Part shown: piece after piece, positions 47,691 to 56,151 of the stretch
Position numbering within the stretch: the stretch's first letter is position 1
How the letters are laid out: each line of letters opens with the position of its first letter
Position numbers and translations under genes: made by a program
The notes under the pieces: generated by a model
Database searches by the model: none
Told to the model about the DNA's origin: nothing
The model's input: only the letters and a program-made list of their open reading frames with translations
NCBI GenBank assembly: GCA_965649295.1
Contig: CBFGKH010000002.1
Coordinates: forward strand, 227,202 to 291,201
Source of the DNA: a candidate division WOR-3 bacterium
GTDB taxonomy: Bacteria; Hydrothermota; Tepidihabitantia; Tepidihabitantales; Tepidihabitantaceae
DNA: 64,000 bases
Direction: 5' to 3'

Positions 47691-48239
47691 GTGAAGCCGA
47701 AACTGCTACTGCACATCTGCTGCGGGCCGTGCGCGACCGAGGTCATTCGGCGGTTGGGGGAGGATTACGAGGTTGTGGGCCTGTTCTACAATCCGAACAT
47801 TGATACCGAGGAAGAGTATCACCGGCGGCTCGCCGCGGTGCAGCAACTGGCTGCAGTCTGGCGGATCCTGGTTGATACTGGCCCGTATGAGCACGAGCGG
47901 TTTCTTGCCGCAGTGCGCGGCGTGGAGAACGAGCCTGAGGGCGGCCAGCGTTGCGCCTTGTGCTTTTGGCTGCGACTGAAAGCGACCGCCGCAGCCGCGG
48001 CCACGAATGGTTGTACGGCTGTTGCCTCGACGCTGACGATTGGCCCCAATAAGCGGGCGGCGATTATCAACCACATTGGCCATGCGGTTTGTGCCCAGCA
48101 CGGCGTCGAGTTTGTCAGCGCTGACTGGAAGAAGCAGGATGGCTTTCGGCGCAGTGTTGAGCTGGCGCGGGAACTCGGGTTGTACCGTCAGCACTATTGC
48201 GGGTGCGAGTTCTCGCACCGCCGGGCTAGAGAGAAGTGA
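47691..48239 (+). CDS. queH: Epoxyqueuosine reductase QueH
   Basis: LLLHICCGPC, FYNPNI, EPEGGQRC..C, LYRQHYCGC. Confidence 0.92.
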   Translation: MKPKLLLHICCGPCATEVIRRLGEDYEVVGLFYNPNIDTEEEYHRRLAAVQQLAAVWRILVDTGPYEHERFLAAVRGVENEPEGGQRCALCFWLRLKATAAAAATNGCTAVASTLTIGPNKRAAIINHIGHAVCAQHGVEFVSADWKKQDGFRRSVELARELGLYRQHYCGCEFSHRRAREK

Positions 48240-48257
48240 GAACAATAGGAGTTAGTG

Positions 48258-49943
48258 ATGAACGAATTGCCTAAGACAGCACTGGCGATGATGGATTGGA
48301 CCTGGCCGCAGTACGAGGAGCATTATCAGGAGCTGACCCAGCGTAGTCTGACCGCAGCGAATGTCGAGCAGTTCCTGGCTGACTGGTCGCGGTTGCACGA
48401 GCTGGCCGAAGAGGTCGGCTCCCGGCTCTATGTGGCTAAAGATAAAAACACGGCCGACCAGGCGGCGGAAGCCAGGTTTGTGCGATTTGTTGAGGATATT
48501 CACCCCCGTCTGCTCGAAGCTGAGCAGAAGCTCAAAGCGAAGCTGCTCGAATCGAAACTCGTTCCTCCGAACTTTGAGCTGCCGCTGCGGCGGATGCAGG
48601 CTGAGGCCGAGCTGTATCGGGATGAGAATCTGCCGCTACTGGTTGAGCAGACCAAGACAGCGACCGAGTATGCGAAGATTGTCGGCAGCCAGACCGTGGA
48701 ATGGGACGGTAAGGAAGTAACGTTGTCGCAACTGGCCCGAGTCGGGCTGGAGACGGATCGGGCGCGGCGCGAGGCAGCCTGGCGATTGGGTATGGAGCGT
48801 CGGCTTCAAGACCGGCAGAAGCTGAACGAACTTTGGGCCCGGCTGCTGCAGTTGCGGCTGCAGATTGCCAAGAATGCCGGGTTTGCTGATTACCGTTCCT
48901 ACCGTTGGCAGGACATGCAGCGATTTGACTACACGCCGGAAAACTGCCGCACGTTCCATCGGGCTATTGAAGAAGTGGTGGTGCCGGCAGCAGCCCGGAT
49001 TCTGGAGCGGCGGCGTCAGCGGCTGGGGCTGGCGGTGCTTCGACCCTGGGATACAGAGGTTGACCCGCTCGGTCGGGAACCGCTCAAGCCATTCAGCGAT
49101 GTCGAGGAGTTCAAGGCTGGAGTGCACCGAATACTGACGCGGGTAGCACCGAAGCTGGGTGAGTACTTCGCGATAATGGTGAAGGAAGACCTGCTTGACC
49201 TCGAGAACCGGAAGAACAAGGCCCCGGGCGGTTACTGCACTGCGTTTGAGGCGGCGCGTCGACCGTTCATCTTTATGAACGCTGTCGGTATTCATCAGGA
49301 TGTGATGACGCTGGTACATGAGTCTGGCCATGCGGTGCACGCGTTCGAGTCGTTTGTGCTGCCCTATTTCCAGCAGCGGGCGCACAATCTTGAGTTTGCC
49401 GAGGTCGCCTCGATGGGAATGGAGCTACTGGCCGCGCCCTACTTCGCTAAGGACGAGGGTGGGTTCTACTCGGCGGCTGATGCCGAGCGAGCGCTGGTTG
49501 AGAATCTCGAAAAGAACGTGCTCTTCTGGCCCTACATGGCGGTGGTTGATTCGTTTCAGCACTGGGTGTATGAGAACCCCAATGAGGCGATGGTTGCGGC
49601 CAACTGCGACCGGGTCTGGACTGAGCTTTGGTGCCGGTTCATGCCGGTGACCGATTGGACCGGGTTTGAGACCGAGATGGCGACCGGCTGGCATCGGAAG
49701 CTGCATATCTTCGAGGCACCGTTCTACTATGTCGAATACGGTCTAGCCCAACTGGGAGCGCTGCAGGTTTGGGCCAATGCCCTGCGCGACCAGCCCGGCG
49801 CAGTTGAGGCGTATCGGCAGGCACTGCGACTGGGCTGCACAAAGTCACTGCCTGAGCTCTACGCCACTGCCGGGGCCAAGTTCGCCTTTGACGCCGGCAC
49901 TTTGCGAGGCATCATCGCGCTGGTAGAGTCACGACTAAGCTAG
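48258..49943 (+). CDS. M3-family oligoendopeptidase (PepF-like)
   Basis: KAPGGYC, PFIFMN, HESGH, EVASMGME, HIF..PFYYVEY. Confidence 0.92.
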   Translation: MNELPKTALAMMDWTWPQYEEHYQELTQRSLTAANVEQFLADWSRLHELAEEVGSRLYVAKDKNTADQAAEARFVRFVEDIHPRLLEAEQKLKAKLLESKLVPPNFELPLRRMQAEAELYRDENLPLLVEQTKTATEYAKIVGSQTVEWDGKEVTLSQLARVGLETDRARREAAWRLGMERRLQDRQKLNELWARLLQLRLQIAKNAGFADYRSYRWQDMQRFDYTPENCRTFHRAIEEVVVPAAARILERRRQRLGLAVLRPWDTEVDPLGREPLKPFSDVEEFKAGVHRILTRVAPKLGEYFAIMVKEDLLDLENRKNKAPGGYCTAFEAARRPFIFMNAVGIHQDVMTLVHESGHAVHAFESFVLPYFQQRAHNLEFAEVASMGMELLAAPYFAKDEGGFYSAADAERALVENLEKNVLFWPYMAVVDSFQHWVYENPNEAMVAANCDRVWTELWCRFMPVTDWTGFETEMATGWHRKLHIFEAPFYYVEYGLAQLGALQVWANALRDQPGAVEAYRQALRLGCTKSLPELYATAGAKFAFDAGTLRGIIALVESRLS

Positions 49944-49960
49944 CTCAAGGCTATCCGCAT

Positions 49961-49988
49961 TTGACAGCTACTTGACCGGTTCTAGACT
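49961..49988 (+). promoter_or_regulatory. Leaderless promoter
   Basis: TTGACA-N16-TAGACT, 6 nt before ATG 49995. Confidence 0.7.
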
Positions 49989-49994
49989 GTCAGC

Positions 49995-51512
49995 ATGAGA
50001 ACGACTCCTCTGCTGGTTCTGTTTGGTTTTGTTCTGCTAGCTCCACTGACTGCACTGGCCTGGACGAGTCCCTGGCTTGCCAATGTCTGTAACTCAGCAC
50101 CAGAGCCGGGTGGTACGGTTTATGTCCACGTTGATGCACCAGATGTGGTCAATCCTGGCGATGAGGTTTGGGCCACTCTTTTTTACTCGACCGACAATCA
50201 AGCAACCTGGCAGCAGGTACCGATGACCCGTTCACCGCAGCCGGGATATGAGAGCACTTTTGTAGCGAGCTTTGCCTGCCCGAGTTCGGGCCAGGTCTGG
50301 TATTACATTCGGGCGCGGAATGAGACGAACTTTGGCACCCAAGGGCCGCTAAACAGCGGCAATGTCTGGCCAGTCACCGACAACTTTCTGGCCGAGCTGG
50401 CGATTGAGCTGACCGGCGACACCCTGAACAATCCCCGCGGTCCGTATCTTGACCTGACCAGCGTGGCAATGGGCCGCTCGGGTGACTACTTTTATGGCCG
50501 GCTGACAAACAACGCCAGCTCGTGGCCGACCCGGGCAAGCATTGTTGGGCCGTGGTTTTTGTACACGGTTGGGTTCCGCAATGCCGATGCCTACGCCGGC
50601 GATACCTTTGCCTATGCGATGACCTATGCTGACGCACCGTTTGGGTATGGCAGCGGCCTCTATGAGATAAACGCCTACACTGAGGATTTTGAGCGGATTG
50701 GCAACATTGATGTCGCGACCAGCGGCAATCGGCTGGTGATGCGCTGCCGGGTTACGGACCTGACCAGTCGGCGTGGGTTCCAGCCCTGGCCCAACACCGG
50801 TGGGTTTCTCTGCTCAGCCAAAGGCGAGACGCGCTCGGCCGATATCAGTCTGAACTCGTGGCGACACGATTCGACCAACTCGTCCCGTTTCTTTGTTGAC
50901 CGGACCCCGGTGTTCACAGTCGGCGTCAACCGTGAGCCGCAACTGAGTCAGCCACGGGTATTCCCCCGTTTTGGTGACAGCCAGACCTCGTTTCAGTTCA
51001 CGGTCAACTATGCCGATGCCGACTCCAATCTGCCGGTACTCTGCGCTGTAGTGGTTGACAGCGATACCTTCCGGCTGCGGCCCAATCACCATCGCTACTA
51101 CGAGCAGGTGAGCTTCAACACCGCTCGCGCCGGCTTTGGGCCGGGCACGCACCGGTTCCACTTCGCTTTTAGTGATGGGATGGCGGTGGTCGAGAGTGCC
51201 GAAGACAGTTTCGTGATTGAGGGCGGGACCGCGATTGCTGAGCAGCCTTCGGAACCGACCGTTGCTGGGTTTGAGGCGAAACCGAACCCGTTCCGCAACA
51301 TCGTTGAGCTACGGGGCAGGCTGCGCAGTCGAGTGATTGAGGTGTTCGACCACTGCGGAAGGTTCGTGACCCGGTTACAGCAGGCCCACGACGAAGCGGT
51401 GTTGCGCTGGGACGGCACCGACGAGTTGGGCAGGAATCTGCCGGGTGGTGTCTATTTCTGCCGCGAACCGGGCGGCAATCTGCGGCGGCTGCTCGTCAAG
51501 CTCGGGCAGTAG
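49995..51512 (+). CDS. Secreted protein with FlgD-Ig/T9SS-like C-terminal domain
   Basis: Signal peptide; C-terminus PNPF...VFDHCGR...WDGTD..G..LPGGVYF. Confidence 0.75.
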   Translation: MRTTPLLVLFGFVLLAPLTALAWTSPWLANVCNSAPEPGGTVYVHVDAPDVVNPGDEVWATLFYSTDNQATWQQVPMTRSPQPGYESTFVASFACPSSGQVWYYIRARNETNFGTQGPLNSGNVWPVTDNFLAELAIELTGDTLNNPRGPYLDLTSVAMGRSGDYFYGRLTNNASSWPTRASIVGPWFLYTVGFRNADAYAGDTFAYAMTYADAPFGYGSGLYEINAYTEDFERIGNIDVATSGNRLVMRCRVTDLTSRRGFQPWPNTGGFLCSAKGETRSADISLNSWRHDSTNSSRFFVDRTPVFTVGVNREPQLSQPRVFPRFGDSQTSFQFTVNYADADSNLPVLCAVVVDSDTFRLRPNHHRYYEQVSFNTARAGFGPGTHRFHFAFSDGMAVVESAEDSFVIEGGTAIAEQPSEPTVAGFEAKPNPFRNIVELRGRLRSRVIEVFDHCGRFVTRLQQAHDEAVLRWDGTDELGRNLPGGVYFCREPGGNLRRLLVKLGQ

Positions 51513-51541
51513 TTAGTAGCGATAGTTCTGCCGGCTGGTGC

Positions 51542-51570
51542 TTGAGCGCACTGGCCGGCATTCTTATACT
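51542..51570 (+). promoter_or_regulatory. Leaderless promoter of rtcB
   Basis: TTGAGC-N17-TATACT, 5 nt before ATG. Confidence 0.6.
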
Positions 51571-51575
51571 CAATT

Positions 51576-53033
51576 ATGGCTAGCTGGAACGGACCACTCG
51601 AACGAATTGATGATACTCGGCTGCGCCTGCCGCGCAGCTACAACCCGAAGATGCGGGTGGATGGCATCATCTACTCAGATGCCTCGCTCCTCGATGACAT
51701 CAAGGCCGATCAGGCACCAGAGCAGGTTGCCAATGTTGCGACCCTGCCGGGCATTGTTGGCGCTTCGCTGGCGATGCCTGATATCCACTGGGGTTACGGT
51801 TTTCCAATCGGCGGGGTGGCAGCGTTCACCACCGATGCGGGCGTGATTTCGCCGGGCGGGGTTGGTTACGATATCAACTGCGGGGTGCGGCTGCTGCGCA
51901 CGAAGCTCAGTCGTGAAGATGTCCGGCCGGAGCTATTGCAGAAGTTGGTGCAGGCAATCTACGACAACGTGCCGTCAGGGGTCGGGTCAAAGGGTAAGAT
52001 TCGCATCTCGCAGTCAGAGGTGGCGCAGGTCCTGACGCGCGGGGCCCGCTGGGCGGTCGAGAAAGGCTACGGCACTGAGGAGGACCTGGAGTACACCGAG
52101 GAACGGGGGGCAATGGCTGGCGCTGACCTCAGCGGTGTGTCGGAGCGGGCGCTGGAGCGGGGCATGCCGCAGTTGGGAACGCTTGGGGCAGGCAATCACT
52201 TTCTTGAGATTCAGGAAGTGGCCGAAGTTTTTGACCCGAAGATTGCCGCTGAGTTTGGTATCCATCCTGGCCAGATTACGGTGATGATTCACACCGGCTC
52301 GCGGGGGCTTGGGTATCAGATTTGCGACGACAACGTTCGGGTGCTCGGTGCAGTGGCGAAGAAGTACGGTATTGAGCTCGTTGACCGCCAGCTTGCCTGC
52401 GCGCCGATTGATTCGCCCGAAGGCCGACGTTACTTTGGGGCGATGGTCTGCGCTGCCAACTATGCCTGGGCCAATCGGCAGGCAATCGCTCATTGGGTGC
52501 GGGAGGCGTTTGCCCAGGTGCTGGGGCTGTCACTGGCTCAGGTCGGGATGAGTCAGGTCTATGATGTGGCGCACAACATTGCCAAGTTTGAGGAGCACGA
52601 GATTGACGGCAAGCGGGTCAAGGTCTGCGTTCACCGCAAGGGCGCGACCAGGGCTTTCGGCCCGGGCGACGCCAGTCTGCCGGCCCGGTATCGGCACCTG
52701 GGGCAACCGGTGCTGATTCCGGGTGACATGGGCACTTCGTCCTATCTGCTGGTCGGAACGCAACGGGCAGAGCAGGAGACATTCGGCTCAGCCTGTCACG
52801 GCGCTGGTCGGGTCTGGTCGCGCACCCGGGCCCTAAAAGAGACAGAACGGCGGAACATCGCCCAAGAGCTGCGGCAGCAGGGGATACTGGTGATGGCGGC
52901 AAGCCGCGAGGTGCTGCGCGAGGAAGTGCCGGATGCGTATAAGGACGTTGACGCGGTTGTTGATGTCTGTCATCGAGCTGGCATTTGTCGCAAGGTCGCT
53001 AGGATGAAACCCTTAGGAGTAGTAAAGGGATAG
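51576..53033 (+). CDS. rtcB: RNA-splicing/repair ligase RtcB (long, archaeal-like type)
   Basis: MPDIHWGYGFPIGG, GYDINCG, GTLGAGNHF, HTGSRG, HN, VHRKGATRA, CHGAGR, E.PDAYKD. Confidence 0.97.
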   Translation: MASWNGPLERIDDTRLRLPRSYNPKMRVDGIIYSDASLLDDIKADQAPEQVANVATLPGIVGASLAMPDIHWGYGFPIGGVAAFTTDAGVISPGGVGYDINCGVRLLRTKLSREDVRPELLQKLVQAIYDNVPSGVGSKGKIRISQSEVAQVLTRGARWAVEKGYGTEEDLEYTEERGAMAGADLSGVSERALERGMPQLGTLGAGNHFLEIQEVAEVFDPKIAAEFGIHPGQITVMIHTGSRGLGYQICDDNVRVLGAVAKKYGIELVDRQLACAPIDSPEGRRYFGAMVCAANYAWANRQAIAHWVREAFAQVLGLSLAQVGMSQVYDVAHNIAKFEEHEIDGKRVKVCVHRKGATRAFGPGDASLPARYRHLGQPVLIPGDMGTSSYLLVGTQRAEQETFGSACHGAGRVWSRTRALKETERRNIAQELRQQGILVMAASREVLREEVPDAYKDVDAVVDVCHRAGICRKVARMKPLGVVKG

Positions 53034-53037
53034 GAGC

Positions 53038-53110
53038 ATGGTCAGGTTTGCTGGCGGTCGAGTACTGGTTAGATTCGGACCGGTACTCGGCCACGAGCAG
53101 ACCGGACTGT
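53038..53110 (+). other. Long G-U-rich RNA hairpin between rtcB and uvrC
   Basis: 33-position bulge-free stem with 6 G-U pairs and 3 mismatches; 7-nt loop AGATTCG. Confidence 0.75.
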
Positions 53111-53120
53111 TAGGCTACTG

Positions 53121-54959
53121 GTGGCGTCGTTTGCGGAAAAGGTAGCGGCTGCACCGGACGCGCCGGGCGTCTATCTACTCAAAGACAAACGCGGCCGGGT
53201 GCTGTATGTCGGCAAGGCGCGGGTGCTGCGGGAGCGGCTACGGGCCTACACCCAGCCGCAGGAGAATCCGCGGCTGCGGTCGTTGGTGAAGCGGGTTACT
53301 GACCTGGAGACGGTTGTGACCCGCTCTGAGACCGAGGCGCTGGTGCTGGAAGAGAACTTCATCAAGATGAAGCACCCGCGCTATAACGTGCGGCTGCGCG
53401 ATGACAAAAAGTTCCCGTATCTCAAGCTGACAATCGGCGAGCCATTCCCACGGATCTTTGTCACGCGCAAGCTCGGGTCACATCATTCATTCCCAGCAAA
53501 GTCGGGGGATGAGTTGCGGCCGTGGCCGAGTCAGGACAAGAGCGTCTTCTTTGGGCCCTACACATCGGCACGGGAACTGCGTAAGGCCTTACGCGGGGTG
53601 AAACGGATCTTCCGGTTGCGCACCTGCAAGTATGACCTGCCTCGTGACCGGCCAGCGCGACCATGCCTAGAATACGAGGTCAATCGCTGCACCGGGCCGT
53701 GTGCCGACAAGGTGACGCCGGCCCAATATCAGGCCCAGGTTGATGATGCGGTACGGTTTCTTAGTGGTCGGGCCGATGAGCTGATGGAGAGCATTGAGCA
53801 GCGGATGTGGCAAGAGTCGGCTGCCCAGCACTACGAGGCAGCAGCCATTCTGCGTGACCAGTTGCTGGCCCTGCGCGAAATCCGCAAAGAGCAGCAGGCA
53901 GTGAGTCAGGATAAGACGAGCCGGGATGTTATCGGTCTGGCGCGGGGGAGAAAGAGTTCGGTGGCAACACTGCTGCGGATTCGTGAGGGGAAGATTGTCG
54001 CCAAAGAGGAGTATCCCCTGACTGCTGGCGAGGATGTGTCAGAATCAGAACTGCTCTCATCGGTGCTCGCGGCAGTGCATATGCACACAGCAGACCTGCC
54101 GGATGAGATTGTGCTGCCAATCGCCGTTGAGGACGGGGACGCTTTTGCGGCGCTGTTTTCGGAGCGGCGGGGCCGTAAGGTGCGGATTGTGGTGCCGGAG
54201 CGGGGCGAGCGGATTGGCCTGCTCGAACTGGCCAAGGCCAATGCCGACAAGGCCTTGGTCGAGCTAGCCCCAGAAGAGCGGGTGCCAACTGGCAGCCGCG
54301 AACTGGCGACAATCCTGGGACTGAAACAGGTACCGCGGATTATCGAGGGCGTGGATATCTCAAACACGCAGGGCACCAATGCGGTCGGTTCGATTGTCGT
54401 GTTCCGTGACGACCGGCCGGCGCGAAGTCAGTATCGGTTGTTCAAGATACGAACGGTAAGTGGTGCAGATGACTTTGCAATGATCGAAGAGGTCCTGAGC
54501 CGGCGCGTGCGCGGATTGCTGGACCGGGGCCAGCCGCTGCCTGACCTGGTGCTGGTGGACGGCGGTAAGGGCCAGCTATCAGCAGCGGCCAGAGCTTACG
54601 GCGCGGCTGCTGCCGATATCCCGATACTTGGTCTGGCCAAACGTACCGACACGGTTTATTACCTCGACGGCCGCGAGGTGGCGGTGCCGCTCGGTTCAGC
54701 GGCGCTGCATCTGCTCAAGCGTATCCGCGACGAGTCACACCGGTTCGCCATCACCTATCACCGCAAGCTGCGCGGCAAGAAGATGGTGGAATCAGAGCTT
54801 GATTCGGTTCTCGGGCTCGGCCCGGTGCGCAGAAAGAGACTGATTCAGTACTTCGGGTCGCTGGAGAAGCTGCGACTGGCTTCAGCGGATGAGATTGCGA
54901 AGGTCAGGGGATTTGGCCCGGCGCTGGCGCAGAAGGTTTTCGAGGCGCTTCGCGGCTAG
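53121..54959 (+). CDS. uvrC: Excinuclease ABC subunit C
   Basis: PGVYL..VLYVGKA, PRYNVRLRDDK, FGPY, IEGVDIS, PDLVLVDGGKGQL, RDESHRFAI, HhH. Confidence 0.97.
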   Translation: MASFAEKVAAAPDAPGVYLLKDKRGRVLYVGKARVLRERLRAYTQPQENPRLRSLVKRVTDLETVVTRSETEALVLEENFIKMKHPRYNVRLRDDKKFPYLKLTIGEPFPRIFVTRKLGSHHSFPAKSGDELRPWPSQDKSVFFGPYTSARELRKALRGVKRIFRLRTCKYDLPRDRPARPCLEYEVNRCTGPCADKVTPAQYQAQVDDAVRFLSGRADELMESIEQRMWQESAAQHYEAAAILRDQLLALREIRKEQQAVSQDKTSRDVIGLARGRKSSVATLLRIREGKIVAKEEYPLTAGEDVSESELLSSVLAAVHMHTADLPDEIVLPIAVEDGDAFAALFSERRGRKVRIVVPERGERIGLLELAKANADKALVELAPEERVPTGSRELATILGLKQVPRIIEGVDISNTQGTNAVGSIVVFRDDRPARSQYRLFKIRTVSGADDFAMIEEVLSRRVRGLLDRGQPLPDLVLVDGGKGQLSAAARAYGAAAADIPILGLAKRTDTVYYLDGREVAVPLGSAALHLLKRIRDESHRFAITYHRKLRGKKMVESELDSVLGLGPVRRKRLIQYFGSLEKLRLASADEIAKVRGFGPALAQKVFEALRG

Positions 54960-55455
54960 GCAGGGCAGCTCGGCAGCGTAGTCACCGACAGCGGGCCGTT
55001 TTTCGGCCGACTCCGTCCATAAGTGGCGATGAATAGGTGAGTTGACGGCACGTCGCGCTGCCCAAATCAGGGCCCTGGGGGTCATTCCCCCAGTGGCTCC
55101 GGGAAGTGTCTCCGACAGTGTTTGCCGAGCCATATCTATGGCTACCTCTGAGCCGACTTGCGGACGGGTTTCCGGATGTGGCTCCAATGGCATCCGCGAC
55201 TGAGTCTGGGACAAAGCTTCTGGTGGGCTGTGATGAGGGATTTGCGTCGGTGCTATGGGCTGCGCCAGTGTACGAGTTCTACTAAGTCTTGCAGGATATC
55301 TCTCAGATTTGGCTTGACAAGGGCCTCTCGATTCTACTCCTGGACAGGTGTGCGAGCAGGCCTATTCAGCGACATTCGGAGCTAAGAATGGGCAAATGTC
55401 AATGTCCCTAGAACGGGCTTGACACACTGGCTGGTAACAGCGATACTGGCGGCCA

Positions 55456-55818
55456 GTGGCAACAATCCTGCTGCTATTGGCTTCGAACGTCTTTATGACG
55501 TTTGCCTGGTATGGCCATCTGAAGTATCGGCACTCGCCGCTCTGGCTGGCGATTGTCGCCAGTTGGGGAATTGCCTTTATCGAGTATTGCTTTCAGGTGC
55601 CGGCCAATCGGATTGGTTCCTATCACTTTAGCCCGGCCCAGTTGAAGACAATTCAGGAGATTATCACGCTCGTGGTCTTCTCGGCGTTCTCAGTGCTCTA
55701 CCTAAAGGAGCAGTTCCGCTGGAACTATCTGGTCGGCTTTGCGCTGATTGCTGCGGCCGGTTTCTTCATCTTCAAGAAGTGGTGGGATATTCCTAACACA
55801 GTCCTAACAATTTCCTAA
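55456..55818 (+). CDS. DMT-superfamily protein (DUF486)
   Basis: SNVFMTFAWYGHLK, SWGIAFIEYCFQVPANRIG, QLKTIQE. Confidence 0.92.
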   Translation: MATILLLLASNVFMTFAWYGHLKYRHSPLWLAIVASWGIAFIEYCFQVPANRIGSYHFSPAQLKTIQEIITLVVFSAFSVLYLKEQFRWNYLVGFALIAAAGFFIFKKWWDIPNTVLTIS

Positions 55819-55831
55819 TACTCAGCAAACT
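55792..55831 (+). promoter_or_regulatory. Pho-box-like direct repeat array 1
   Basis: CCTAACA (55792), CCTAACA (55803), CCTAATA (55814), GCAAACT (55825): exact 11-bp phasing. Confidence 0.65.
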
Positions 55832-56046
55832 CAGCCGGTCAAACTCATACCTGCCTAAGAGATAGGGCTTTGGAAGCCGGCAGGGTTGTGCTTAGCACTC
55901 TTTGTTGCTCTAGATTGGGCTGGACCGGTCTGCTGGTTTGCTAGGGGCAACGGGTTTTGCTCGGCACGACGTTGATCGCTATAGCTAGTAGGAAGTCCAG
56001 AGCAGAGGTTTGTGGCGCTATGATGGTGATTGGGTGGCCTTGCGAC

Positions 56047-56100
56047 CTAACCCTGAACTGACATTTGCCTTATACTGTCAAAACAGGGGGTGGCTAGGCT
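56047..56100 (+). promoter_or_regulatory. Pho-box-like array 2 plus -10 box of porin-pst operon
   Basis: CTAACC, CTGACA, CTTATA, AAAACA at 56047/58/69/80 (11-bp phasing), then TAGGCT at 56095. Confidence 0.6.
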
Positions 56101-56151
56101 GGTCGCGGCAATGACCAACCGCGGCCTAGTCGCCGCAAGGAGACCACAAAG

